Below are positions 26,469-39,834 of a DNA stretch of 64,000 nucleotides, in pieces. The DNA is from Tubulanus polymorphus (taxonomy: Eukaryota; Animalia; Nemertea), in assembly GCF_964204645.1 (NCBI RefSeq), contig NC_134029.1, positions 23,120,950-23,184,949 of the forward strand. The letters are read 5' to 3'. The first letter of the stretch is position 1; each line of letters opens with the position of its first letter. Position numbers and translations under genes: made by a program. The notes below the pieces were generated by a model. The model searched no databases. It was not told the origin of the DNA and saw only the letters and a program-made list of their open reading frames with translations.

Positions 26469-29400
26469 ATGAGAACAAGTGTTATTATAGTTCTATCTTT
26501 AACTATTATCATCATCGTCGATATGGCATCAATTTCAGCAGGTAAGCATTTCAAACGTCTATTCTTATCTCTTCCCTTTTGATACAATGAAAATTGAAAA
26601 ACGAATTGATACAAATTTAAAAGATTAAAAAAGAAATTTTTCTATCAAGAATTAAGATGAAAAGTTATAATACAAAACTTTTCTGACTCTCAACGTAGAG
26701 ATAGGTATCATCGTCAGGTTCGAGGTTTAATCTTCAATCAGCTGACTGATATACTGACTAGTCTATCAGCGATCCTGTATAATAACATGAACCGTTTGAA
26801 ATAATTGAATTTGCCAAATTGAATACATTTCTATTAACACAAATTGGATAGAAATAACTATTTCACTTTCTATTTCTATCTAAAATGTTATATTGATATC
26901 TAATATGCCATGGTTTTGTTGGGAATCTTTTATCGAGGCTGTTATCGGACTATCGGAATATGCTTTCAGTTTTTTGTCAAATTTCAGAGGTTTACTTATT
27001 TCTTAACTTCGATTTTCTTATTAGAACTCTTAACATAATGTATTTGTTCTTAACGCCAATTGAGATCTCGAATGCTAAAACCACAACGCGGAATATCTAA
27101 TAATAGTTCTACAAGTTGGGTCAATAGGTATCGAATATGAATATCGGGTTACAAAGAGGTTCATCAAATATTAATGATTGTGTCGGTTTGAACGATGCAT
27201 TTTAAGGTATATCACGTGCTTAGTCTTGTAGTTTCCCTTTATGAAAATGACACCGTGAACCTTCATCACAATTAATGCACACAGGCTTTCGACCCGGTTA
27301 GTATCACTCGGGAGGTGGACCCTGCTGGTATCACGAATCTGCTGTTTTTATGGGCGCTCGTTCCAACCTCCGTGACCGACATGCAATATCGAATCCGTTC
27401 GCAAAACATACATTGTGTATATTTTTGATATTAGCGATAGCTGCATTATTTTGATTTTGTTTCTATCAACCCAGTGAGTGCCAAGCAGGTTCGATGTTTC
27501 TTTTTTCCCAACTAATTGAGAAGAAACCTTCGACCAAGAAAATATCTCGCCACACCAGGACTCGAACCCATGAACCCTAGATTGACGCAGTAATCGACGA
27601 AGGATTAACGCGGGATTATCGTGATGTTTACACAAACCGTTGAATTCCAGGGGTTGTTTTTTTCAGACTTGTTCAAAAAACTTCAAGGTTATCATTTTCT
27701 TGATACGCTAAATCTCAATTTTTCATTCCATCTATGGAGTCTGTGACAGGGAATTGAATACTAATGTTCTTTTCCAGACTTAATTTTTCATTCATACATT
27801 TTTAATTAGAAAATTTTCGTTTAAACAGGAATGATGAAAGGCAAGCAGCCGCCATAAACCACCCACACGATTAGAATTTATTTCCGTCAAGGGAAGACCA
27901 GTTTTGCAATGGAATGTAATTAAGAAATGTACTAAAAGCTTCAAATTACATTTGGAATCAAGAGATAAGATTATTCAGTAAATCATTTTAAAAACTGGCG
28001 ATCGTCAATTCGGTGTAATCAGACACGAATACCAAGATTAACAGCCGTTAATTCGAGACGAATCGCATTCTTCTATCTGCTACTGGAGATTTTATTATGC
28101 TGTGAAGCGCCGAAAGAAATTCCCTTCAAATTGGCAGAAATACTTAACGCAAATGTTGAATGGCTTATCGTACAATAAAACAACGACGAAAATCCTTATC
28201 CCGGTAATATATTGCGATAGTGCGCCCGGAATGGTTGGTTTCGCTTCGTAGAAGATAACAGCTTCTAAGACTTCTTCCTTCGGGATTCACAGTAGTCTCT
28301 GGTATATCTGACGATAGCGGTCAATTCCGTTAGCCATTTATCTCAGTTGAAGGAATTATATGACCTACGATAAAAGAAATTCTCAGATTTTTTTGGCATC
28401 GCCGGGAGTGTCGTAATTCTCTTAATACGACGAAAAGAAACGTTACCGGGCATCGCCGGAGCAACCCATTTCTGTTCTGAAAATACTATACAAAAAACGT
28501 ACTTATGTTTTGTAGATGACTACTACAATGATGGTAATCAATTTTTGAGACTGTTTGAAAACTCACCAAAGCTAGAGAAAAGGTAATTCGTATTAGAACA
28601 TTTTTTTTAAAATGAATTGAGACCACCACTTGGCCCATCAAATATGTCCCGCTATTCTATAGTTATTCAACGCAGGTCACAACGTATAATCATTTCATTA
28701 TAATTGCCTCCTAGCGTCATTAGTTGATATTGTCCTATGAAACGACGATTGACCAAGAGGAGATCTCGAGATGAAATTGCTCGCTTACAATCGCATACTG
28801 GAGGCGGGTTTACTAGTGAACCATACGCAATTGTGATTGAACTTGGAGTATAATAGTCTGATTACACCAAGGATTGAATAATGCACGGAAGTAGACTAAC
28901 TGTTGATGAAGCATACGCTGTAATCGTCTTATCGTGGGTCTACTTTCATGTTTTGGGATTTAGCATTTATTTACATATAAGAGTAACAGAAACATGTGAT
29001 CAGTGCTATTCCACTTACAGCATCAGTCGCGGGCCTGTGCGCCTTATCTCACCTAACGCACTGAATCGTAACGATTTATTTAAAAACGAATTATTTCTGA
29101 TCAAATTTCACATTCCCGACACATGAGACAAATATGTGCTCAGAATACTTTATCGTCGATTTATTTATTCTAAGATAATCAGTTTCATTCTGAATCGCAT
29201 GCGTGTCAGTGTTCTTATAAGGAGTTATTTTTTGTCGCAATATATTTATCAGAGAAGTCGTGTGCGCAGAGAGACATTGAGTGTCACTCGAACCACAAAT
29301 GATATAGACTGAAAGCCGCCGGAGAATAACGGCAGTTATCTTCCTCGATTTGAACTATTCGTCTCGTTATTGTAAATTGTAGGATTCAAGCGTATGAAAA

Positions 29401-29925
29401 TTCACACTGTTAATCTACTGTAAAAATTCTGCCAAGCGTCATCGCTATGGCATATATACATCAGTAAATGTATTATAGGCCTACTGTCAACTGAGATTAA
29501 ACTTCCCTGCCAAATTAACGCGGATTCACGTGGATTAATACCAGAAATGTGTTTTTTTTCTGTTTCGACATTATTGTGTCCCAGTGGGGATTACATGTAC
29601 CAAGTATCACACATAATTCAATACATACATTATTCAAACCATCCAACAACTCAATTTTGTCGTACAACATAATATCATCCATAGGTTGATGATATTCATG
29701 TGGTTATTTTGTCAGAACGTCCCTCTTTATGTCTTTGATGGCTAGTGAATTCGACCGTAATCAATATTTATGGCGATCATGTGTAAATTTTTCTTTAGAA
29801 TGTCTTGTTATCGGCGGTGTTGTAGCAGTTCACGGGACTGTTGTGGTAACGATGTTTGCGGATGGAAATTTCTGAGTGGTTGTTCTGGTTGGTACGAGTG
29901 TATGCGCAGAAAATGGGGCGGATAA
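26469..29925 (+). CDS. Secreted cysteine-rich (knottin/ICK-like) toxin or defence-peptide precursor, 3 exons, 88 aa
   Basis: Exon 1, 26469-26541: MRTSVIIVLSLTIIIIVDMASISA, phase-1 GTAAG donor. Exon 2, 28516-28582: DDYYNDGNQFLRLFENSPKLEK(R), TTTTGTAG acceptor, GTAATT donor, phase 2. Exon 3, 29799-29925: TTTCTTTAG acceptor, MSCYRRCCSSSRDCCGNDVCGWKFLSGCSGWYECMRRKWGG*. All phases are compatible. Confidence 0.85.
27440..27625 (-). mobile_element. Possible tRNA-derived SINE fragment in intron 1 of the toxin-like gene
   Basis: Minus-strand B-box GGTTCGAGTCC; no complete cloverleaf; adjacent hairpin. Confidence 0.4.
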
Positions 29926-31232
29926 CCTTCACAACTGTTCATATTTTGCGGCCTTTTCATGTACATTCTATTCTAGTCACAAAACGTGAAAAAGGATCTG
30001 ATATATACATATATTTTTAGATGTTTTCAACTTCATTTTTGTGTAAAAAAAGTACGCTATTAGGTTTTCAACTCAGGATCATTGTGAAGTCGCAAGCTCT
30101 TAAAATTGTGACTATCCATTTTATTTTCCTTCGAAAGAAATTCAATTCCGCTTAGAAAATATTCAACGAATTCCCTGAAACCTGAGTCAGAATCCGATGA
30201 TTTTGCGAATTCAATTAGCGAGATCCTATGTCAATCACGCGAAATCATTTTTCAATAACAGGTTCGTCGTACTCGATCGTACTGGGTCTTGTAAAACCGT
30301 ACTGTATCTAACGTTACATCTATCTTCACAAATAATGCACAAGTTTCTATAAAATTCTATGCATTAAAACGTCTTTGAAAAAGTCACTCGTGATCATTGC
30401 GGAATAAAAATATTATGCAGGAATCGACGTTGTTTCCTTTTCTTTCTTTCTCTCTTTATTTTCGCACTATTTCACGACACCGAAACTAACTCGAAACAGA
30501 TATACTATGTTATCATTGTTTGGGCATCGCATAATTCTAAAATTTCCTGATTATGATGATCGCAATGAAATGGTAAAATTTGCTAGTCCACTCGACGTCA
30601 GTGATAAAGCAAATGATCTCAGCAAGAAAAGTTTGCATACAAGGCTAGGAAAAATGAACAGTGTTCGATATATGTATATGAAATATACGGAGAAAATAAC
30701 GATGCACACAGGCATTGCTTGGAAACGATTAAAAATGGCTTGTCTTTCTTTTAATATAGTTTTGCCAGATTTATCTTGATCAATTTGTGAATCGGAGGGA
30801 TTTTAAAGTAAGTGATTACATATTTACGCCTCTTCGAAAAATGAACGCTGAGCACGAATTGGTTTATCATTCACACGAGTGTCTACGTGCGTGAGATTTT
30901 TAGTAGTCACTTCAGCCGGATTGAGCGAGTTACGCGAGCAGCCGATAGGAACACTCGATACACAAAAATACACGTGATTAAACTAAAAATTGACCCAAAA
31001 GGAAGAAATCGTTGAATCAAACTTTTTCATTCTAAACCTTTTCCCCTATCCCCTATCAGAAATATGTATCAATAAAATTATCGAAATGATTACACAATAA
31101 AGCGTGAAAGAGCGATAAATCCTACCAAAAGTATCAAATCGCGTCGAATATCAAGTTCCGTTGACGTGTCGCTCTGGCTTATCACTCGTGGTTGATAAAT
31201 GGTCGAGATTTGGCCAAAACATTGAGGAGGCG

Positions 31233-31315
31233 TGACGTCAGCGTGAGATCTGGAATGGACCGGTAAGTTTTCATCCCGCAGACTATATAAACAGGGATAT
31301 CAAATTGAACCAGTT
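31233..31315 (+). promoter_or_regulatory. Core promoter of the MATE gene: CRE, TATA box and Inr-like site
   Basis: Perfect CRE TGACGTCA at 31233-31240, TATATAAA at 31284-31291, CAGTT at 31311, followed by a GTGAGT donor at ~31344 (non-coding first exon). Confidence 0.65.
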
Positions 31316-31475
31316 TATTGGTGTGGTATACTCTATATACCTGGTGAGTACTACAATTATTCGTCTCAAATTTCGTTCATATATTCTCATGCTGTAATAG
31401 TATTTGTGGGATTAATTTCATTTTTAGTAATTGTTTATCTTTCAAAAAAAGAGAGCGCAATATTTGCGAGTAAGT

Positions 31476-34400
31476 ATGGCTGAATATCAGAGGAATGAAC
31501 AAGGCTGTCAGGACCAATGCATGAATATAAGTGACTATGGATCGCTTTCAAAAAGTGGTAAGTTCTAAAAGCATTATTGAAACAAACTTAATTGATAATT
31601 GAACTTCTGATTCAGCTGTAAGCATTTGAATCGGAAATATCCGTTTATTTTCCGTTAGAGGTAATTTTCTTAAGCGATGAAAAGTAAGCGTTTTTGACAA
31701 CTAAATAACTCAATAAAACTTGTCGAATTAAACAATCACAGTTTTGAAATTGATAGCGAGTTTTAATGCATTTTACAGAAGGGGAAGCTTCTGTCGTAGA
31801 AGTGCCGGTGGATGATGAAATTCCGGCGCCTTGCAGCAAAATTGTTTGCATTCCTGATTGGTTGCGTTTGGAATCACTCGCCGTTGTGAAGCTCTCCTGG
31901 CCGATGGTAGACACTTGAAAATCAATCGTTACTTTTCTGCGAACTTCCGCTATCGTAGCGCACAGCTAGAAATTTGATAACTTTTGATTTTTTTTCCAGA
32001 TTTTGACATCGCTGTTCAATTTTCTAATGGCACCGATTAGTTTGATATTTTGCGGTCGGTTGAGTCGGGAAGAGCTCGCAGGGGTCGCGTTAGCTCACAC
32101 TGTAAGTGTAACAAACAGTGTTTCCATATAATGATGTTCTTTAAAGAAACCTTTTCAAATTCCTTCGTTCAATTCCAATTTTTATCATTATTTCGTATCT
32201 TATCTTGTAGGTTATCAATTCATTTGGTATAATAGTCGGAACTGGTTTGTGTACGGCTATCGATACCCTAGTTTCTCAGGTAATGGATCAAATACATATA
32301 TTTGGTACCATAATTTTAAAATGGTTGATTCGACTAGGCCTTATCTTAAACCAGGACCTGAACAAAACAAACATCGATATTATGAGCAAGCGTTTTGTCA
32401 CGAATCCAATAATCTTTAACTTGTTTATCAAGTAAGAAATATAGGCTAAAAGGATATCATAAAATCCTGTAAATAACTTTTCATAAAAAGTAAATAACTG
32501 ATTCCTCGTAAATATTCTAGTCTTACGGAGGAGCCAACAAGAAAATGATCGGCATCTATTTACAAAGAGGTAACGACCTTTAATACATGATAACAACGAA
32601 TAATGATAACGTAAATTCAAAAAAATCATAATAATGTTTATGATAATTCTTATACAACTTTAACATTTTATACTATCATTTAATTTTCAACTGAATTTTC
32701 TCGAATGTATTCCATTGAATTGCATAGACTATATCATATGTATTTGAAATAACGTTTCAACAGATTTCTCATTCGATAATTGATTTTTTTCTATTTAGTT
32801 TCCTCCATTTCTTTTCATCCTTTTGCAACCATTCAAAAAGAACTTAGTAAAAAAGTGGTCATTTAGTTTAGCATTTAGATATGTTAAATTCGCCATTCTC
32901 GACACGTCAATCAATGTGTGTCTTATGTTTTATTCGTTCACACGTATTTATGATTTAGGTTTGATCATCACGGCGTTATTCGTTACACCGATATGGGCCA
33001 TACACATGAATATCACGTCGTTTCTCGTCGCCATCGGTCAGGAACCGCGGGTATCCGTGTAAGTCAGTTCGGGCTCACGGTAACACACGTTCATGGCGCA
33101 CTCATTACATGCAATCATTTTTTGCGACTTATTGAGTAGAATTCAGCTTCAAATAATGCGTCAGTCATTTGAGGGAAGCTTAGCGGGAAAATCTTTATAG
33201 CTAATTCGGCTTTCGTACAGTTCACTGGCGGCTCGCAATATTATCTTCATCATCATCAATTTTTGTTTTATGTTATCTGTACTTAACTGCGCTGCAAAAG
33301 CAATTCGATTTTTTATATCTGCGTACCTGCATTGTAGGGGGGGGGGGGTGGTCATTGTCAGGGAAGGACAAATTGCTTTCTAATGTAAATAATTTTCCAT
33401 TTTCGATTCAATGTTTTGAATTAAAAATTTGAGGTTTTTTGCTCAAAGTTTTTAAACAATATACAATGATATAAAATCAATAGAATTATATTTGAATATG
33501 ACATTTCGACTGGAAAATGAAGGTGTTATTCCTTTTCCTGTTTCAGAATTGCGGGTGATTTTGTTCTCTACTTCATGCCCGGTTTGTTGGTGAGTGTAAT
33601 ATATATAAAAAATGGTCTAATGAACATTTCACGGACTGGAAATTCAAATCGATTTCTGTTTTTACAGTTCAATTTTATGTATCAAGTTTTGACGAAATAT
33701 CTCTACAATCAGGTAAGTGCATACTTAACATATCTTACGTGGTTATTATTGGTATAGACCGGTTATCACCAGAACCAATGGTTCAGATAAAGGTGGTGTA
33801 GATCGAAAGGTCAAATCCCTAAACAATATCGAGATAACTCTTAAAATAGCAATTCATTCACATTGTTTCCTTATATCAGGAATGAAATTCATGAATGACA
33901 ATAATGATAATAATCTATTTCCGCAATAAATTACAACACGGCATAAAATGTATGCGCAGATATTCTAATATAATGTGGAGAAATAATGTGATTAAATTCA
34001 TACAGATTCTACATAAAACCCTGGACTCTGTTAACTTGTTTAAATTTGTCAAAACCTGTTTTCAAAAACTGAATAAAAAGAAAATTAAGCCCTTTTTTTA
34101 GACCATCCTAGAGTTCTGTTGATTTTCTTTCTGTTCCCAAAATGATGTATTTTCTATATTTCAAGAATGTTGTAATGCCGTGTATCGTGTTTGGTGTTAT
34201 GGGTTGCGGAGTAAACGCTCTGTCCCATTACGGTCTGGTTACGTGCGCAGAATTACGAACAACGTGAGTCTATACATCTATACGCTATACTGAGAATGTT
34301 TTCCATTATTTATCGAATTGTGATAATACATTTTCTCGTGTGCTACTATTCCAGTTCCATAAACCTCTTCAGTCCCACGAAATCGAGCACGAAATTTTCC

Positions 34401-37088
34401 AAATCCAATTCACTTAAGCGCCCAGTCGTCAACTGAGACACTTTAAGTTGGTCATTCGAATGTTCCCATAATTATCTAACAATTGAAATATTTTATATCA
34501 TATTTAGTGGATCTGCTATTTCGATGGTAATCACCTTCTTCTCAATGATGATATTTTCCTTGCTGTACATACTTTGTACAGGGTTTTATAAAGAGACATG
34601 GACAGGTAAACGATACTCAATATATCAGCATTCGCACAAAACTAGACAGAAATATTTCAATAATCATTATGGATGTGTTTTTAGGCTGGTCGTTAGAGGC
34701 ATTACATGACTGGGGTCCGTTCTGCTCGCTAGCTGTTCCAGGACTGTTCATGTTGGTACTCGAATGGGGCAGTTTTGAAATCGGCACGTTTTTAACAGGT
34801 AATTACTATAGATGACATTAAGTACGTTGTTTCATAACTAGATTTAGAATTTTAAATCTAACGGTTTATTTTCAGGTTTATTGGGTGTGATACCGTTAGA
34901 CGCGCAAACGATTGTCTTTCAAATTGAAGGAATTTCGTATATGGTGAGACACACAAATACGTTTGATTTCAGAAATCTCTCAAATACATATCACTTTAAC
35001 GTAATCATTCCAATTTCAATATCTGATCATAATCACAGATACCACTAGGATTGTCGATTGCTGCTAATATACGGATAGGCCAATTCCTGGGAAGCGGCGA
35101 CGCGATCGGAGCGAAGCGCTCAGGTTTGACTTGCATCGCAATCGGAGGTATGTGTAGAAATGAATATTGTTTTGGCTAAAATATCTTTTCCATCCGGGAT
35201 ATCTATAAGTCTATTTACTGTTTTAGTTTGCGGGGCTGCCATTATGAGTGTTCTATTAGCAACGTTACGCGAATACTTACCGATGATATTCACTGATGAT
35301 AGGTTTGCAATTTTAAAGACTCCATCGTAACCGTTCATCGTAATGACGGACAAACTTATTCGTTAAAAAGACGATATTCTGATTTTGTTGAATTTTTGCA
35401 GTGCTGTGATCAGCTACGCGGCAGATTTGCTTCCAATCCTGGCTACGTATATGTTATTCAACTGTATTCAGGTATGATTTGTATATTCTGACAAAATTGA
35501 CTGGGAATGATTTTCGACTCAAAAAAAAAAAATGATAAAATTCTTTTAAGTATCGAGTTTCACAAGCAACAGGTCCAACTTTAATTCTAAAAAGTAACAA
35601 TTTTGTTCACCATCTAACGCTCTCTACTAGAAAATAAAACGTTATTGCATCTAAAGTGAATAATGAAATATGAATTTGTATAGAGTATCGAGTTCCACAA
35701 GCAACAGGTCCAACTTTAATTCTAAAAAGTAACAATTTTGTTCACCATCTAACGCTCTCTACTAGAAAAGAAAACGTTATTGCATCTAAAGTAAATCATG
35801 AAATATGAATTTGTATAGAGTATCGAGTTCCACAAGCAACAGGTCCAACTTTAATTCTAAAAAGTAACAATTTTGTTCACCATCTAACGCTCTCTACTAG
35901 AAAAGAAAACGTTATTGCATCTAAAGTAAATCATGAAATATGAATTTGTATAGAGTATCGAGTTCCACAAGCAACAGGTCCAACTTTAATTCTAAAAAGT
36001 AACAATTTTGTTCACCATCTAACGCTCTCTACTAGAAAATAAAACGTTATTGCTTCTAAAGTAAATCATGAAATATGAATTTGTATAGGGAGTGTGTGCT
36101 GGTATTCTGCGAGGTTGTGGACGTCAGTTTATAGGAGCAATTTTCGTATTCGTTGCCTACTTTATAATTGCGCTACCAATAGGTATACCGGTCATGTTCC
36201 TCACTGGACTCGAGGCACAAGGTAAGAATGACTGACTTTAACATTGCAGAGAATACTTTTTTGTTGTAGCTATTCAGTGAATATTTCTAATATCATGCTC
36301 ATCATCTTCAGGATTTTGGTGGGGTTTAACAATCGGCCTGTTCATAGAATCCCTATCTTTCCTGATATTATTCTTCAGAACTAATTGGAACGATCAAGTA
36401 GAGAAGGTAGATAAAGCTCACTTGCAATACATATACATATTGCAGTCAGTTTATATCTTCTCCGATTCAATAATATTTCAGGCTCAAAAACATGTTGGGC
36501 TTTCGGAAAGCTCAGACAACCTAAAACCATCGGATGAAAAAGTGGCTAAACCTCATAATCCCTGCGCTGAGCAGTTGGTACGATCTGATCCCGAAATCGG
36601 CGGATACACAAGCGCCGGATACGCCAGCACTGGATACACGTCAAGTACCGGATACACAAGCACAGACTATCAAACAGATACAGAAAAAACTGGTAACTTA
36701 TTTTTCATTTCATTAATCTATCTCGGCTCCGAAATTGCATCTTGATACACGCGTGTTTATACCCATAGAACTGGTTCCTCACGAGATCAAAACAAAACGA
36801 AAACGGAAGTTGCGCAAAGGGAAACAATACACATCTCCTTACGCAGGAAGTCAGCAAAATATTGAAATCGCTCCACAATCTACAGGGAAAATCTCGATCC
36901 GAGAACTTCTGTTTCGGCGTGGTCTTACACTCGCCTTTTGCCTGTTCGTGTTGGTAATTGGAATATATTTGAGGTTCGTGTTCGTAGTCAATATACCTGA
37001 CGTGGATTGTTTCAATGTTGTTAAAAACGAAACCCATCCTTTGGTCGAAAATTTACCATTGGTATCGAATTGCAGTAGGAACCGATAG
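31476..37088 (+). CDS. Multidrug and toxin extrusion (MATE/SLC47A-like) transporter, many short exons
   Basis: Spliced exons give VVKLSWPM, FCGRLSREELAGVALA, GLCTAIDTLVSQ|SYGGANKKMIGIYLQR, LAVPGLFMLVLEWGSFEIG, GLSIAANIRIGQFLG, GVCAGILRGCGRQ, GFWWGL, TNWNDQVEKAQ and a C-terminal extra TM (LLFRRGLTLAFCLFVLVIGI). Confidence 0.93.
35549..36088 (+). repeat. 4 x 135-bp tandem duplication including the 3' splice acceptor of a MATE intron
   Basis: Units start at 35549, 35684, 35819 and 35954; each ends in GAAATATGAATTTGTATAG. Confidence 0.95.
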
Positions 37089-37487
37089 AAAAGGAAAAGT
37101 AATCTCATTGTATATAAAACATATCCTTATCCGGGAAACTGTGTGTAAATAAGATTGTAACTAAAATTCAAAGACTCGTCGTTTTTGTACAACCATCATT
37201 TCGTTTCATCATATAATGTACGTATATTAATTCTAGTAGTCTTCACGTGAATGAGATATTGTTACATTAGAAGTGTATACGGCCATGTCTTATCTATTTA
37301 CTGATAATCTGATTCTGTCTGGTTAGAACTATAACTGCGTAATAAACTCAATCTTCACTTCAAATTTGTTTTTCCTGCCAGGATTTGAAAACAATATTGA
37401 TGGTCTATTTTAAGATTTGTATGACTGTTGATAATGATGCGTTGAATCTATGAACTCATTGACTAACTTGATTCCTTTAAAGGTGTG

Positions 37488-37730
37488 TTGACTTCGGGTC
37501 ATGATACATAGGTTCCTTTCGGTGATAGGAAAGGATTAAAGGTCACTGGTTGCAGAATTATGGTTGAAAATAGGATTTTCAGTAATGGCGACAGTGGCAA
37601 TTTTGAAAAACCGCCATATTTCAAACGGAATCGGTGATCCCAATTGTGTCTTTGGATTACCTTTTTTCTATCACCCTAAGGAAAAACCATGCCACCTTTG
37701 TATGATGACCTCAGAAGTCAGAAGTCACTT
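37488..37730. mobile_element. Degenerate inverted-repeat non-autonomous element
   Basis: GACTTCGGGTCATGATACATAGGT..GGTGATAGGAAAGG mirrored by CCTTTTTTCTATCACC..ACCTTTGTATGATGACCTCAGAAGTC. Confidence 0.5.
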
Positions 37731-38027
37731 AACCCCACCCACTATTTCATTGAAGGACATGTATTGTTTTATCTTGAGCAATAACAAACCGACTCGGGCT
37801 CTAGAATAAATTGTGACTTCAATCTCACTATCAGAATGAAGTTCAATCTCAAACTTGAGACTTTAGTACGTAAACAGGAACTGCTAAAACCCTTAACCTC
37901 CGAGCCAGAGGGAATCGATTTCAATGTCTTTTTGACCAGTTTTGATTTCACATAAATTATTTTTGAGAGTCCTGATGTGATTCGTTTTGGATTTCAGCAC
38001 TAACGTACGTGATCGAAAAAAATATCG

Positions 38028-39007
38028 TTACACTTTTCCACGGCGTAACAACAACTTCATTTGTTCTTTGAAGTTTCTACTGTACACGTAATAAAATATG
38101 CCGTTTACAGCCGAATTCAGGGCTTGAAAAACATCATTCAAAAGTAACACCCGCCAGGTTATAGACCATGGAAAAATATATTTCAAAACATTGTATAACA
38201 TTGCAGGGGTAAGTGACACCATGAATATAGCTGATGCGACAAATACCATTCTATGAGCCGTTACATCTTGTTTATTTTGTTTACCTGCACTGGTCAATTT
38301 TTTCCTATTTTGCGCGTGGATTTGTAATTTTATTATCATAACCAAATTCATTAGTGGTATAAGAGCGAATGGCAAATATGACGAGAAAATAGAAATAAAC
38401 AAAGACGAATATTTATGAGTTTTGTAAACTATTCGGGCATTGAGGACAGTGAGGCCGTACGTGCAGGTTCGTTTTAAATATCCAACACGTCGGTCCAGAT
38501 AGTGATATGCAGATGCTCCACTCCAAATGAGGATCCAAACGGCTGAAAATACATAACAATGTTTCAAATTCCAATATCTCTTTGCTCTAAGCGGAAAACA
38601 AATGTGGAGTGCTCGATCGAAAGTCACTAATAAGGTCAAACTGTTGCGAATGTAAGATCCCAATTTTGAAAGGAAATTACCCGCTATATAAAGTTCAGGA
38701 GCTCCCAAATTGATACTTAAATACAGCGCTATCTTTCCATAGCGAATAAATTTCAAAACCCAAGTAAAATAGTTATAAACGATGATCGCGATGCAACAGA
38801 CAATATCAGAAACAGCAAGCAACAATAAGATGAAATGTGACGTGGCGGAACTTTTCATTTTATGTAGTCGATATAACACAACTAGAGTAAGTGAGTTTGT
38901 AATGAACCGAACCATGCGACCAGTCCTATCACCGTTACTGCTACAAGATTCCAAACTACGTCAATTTGAGACACGCATTTGTTCACGATTGTGGCGTTAA
39001 CCATCAT
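38028..39007 (-). pseudogene. GPCR paralog with a single 1-nt frameshift in TM1 (recent pseudogene or consensus error)
   Basis: N-terminus MMVNATIVNKC..VAWFG is in one frame and ITNSLTLVVL onward in another; one base is missing at ~38905 relative to the paralogs; the rest is intact. Confidence 0.8.
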
Positions 39008-39834
39008 CGCTAATAGAATGTGATGCAATAAGATGTACGTTTTGATACCGCGCACTAGACAAATCACAGCAGAAGAACGCGCCTTGGATTTTGAAATATT
39101 TTACGTATATAGTCTAAAACGCCGTATCGTTCGTAATGATATACTATTAGACAGCAGTGTTCTTACGAAACAGAGTGCGGGCATTCAGGATTTCATGTAT
39201 GGATCAACATTCTTATCACAAGTCTCCTGAAATACGCGAATATTTTCTTTTTTTTTCACTAAATCCAAGATCATCGGTAAAATGAGAAATCCAATTGAAT
39301 TATATTCGCGTTTTTTTTCAGTGATCTTAAGTTTCAGGCCGATAAATGATAGGCAAAGATGGGAAATGGTAGAAAATGTATTGGTTGGTATTGGTTCATT
39401 GTTAAAAATGAACCAGGGGAAGAATAGTTATCATAGTATTGATATTGTCAGGTTGTGATCGTCTCATTCAAAGAAAGCATTTACCAGAAGCATTCACTAC
39501 CAAGTCATATCTATGAACATAAATAGAAACATCCTTGAAGAATTTATTAAGATGTTAGAATATACATTTGGAAAGTTTCGCTTCGGTTATGTTATTGAGT
39601 GCACACATACTGATAATGATTTCAATAATGTTATTTATTCTAACGGGGAATCGACGAAAAATATTGCTGCAATAAAACGTGCGAATTAGGATCTTTCAAA
39701 CAGTATCACTAAGTTTCCTTCCCAAATGACGGGATTTTCAGTTCATAATACACGAACATGATATACGTAGCATAAAGTTATCAAACTAACAAATAGTAGA
39801 AAGGAGTATTTGATCGAAAAATGAGAAATAATTC

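Noticed and set aside
27540-27625. tRNA gene (B-box on the - strand)
   Set aside because: No acceptor stem or cloverleaf could be built; treated as SINE-like
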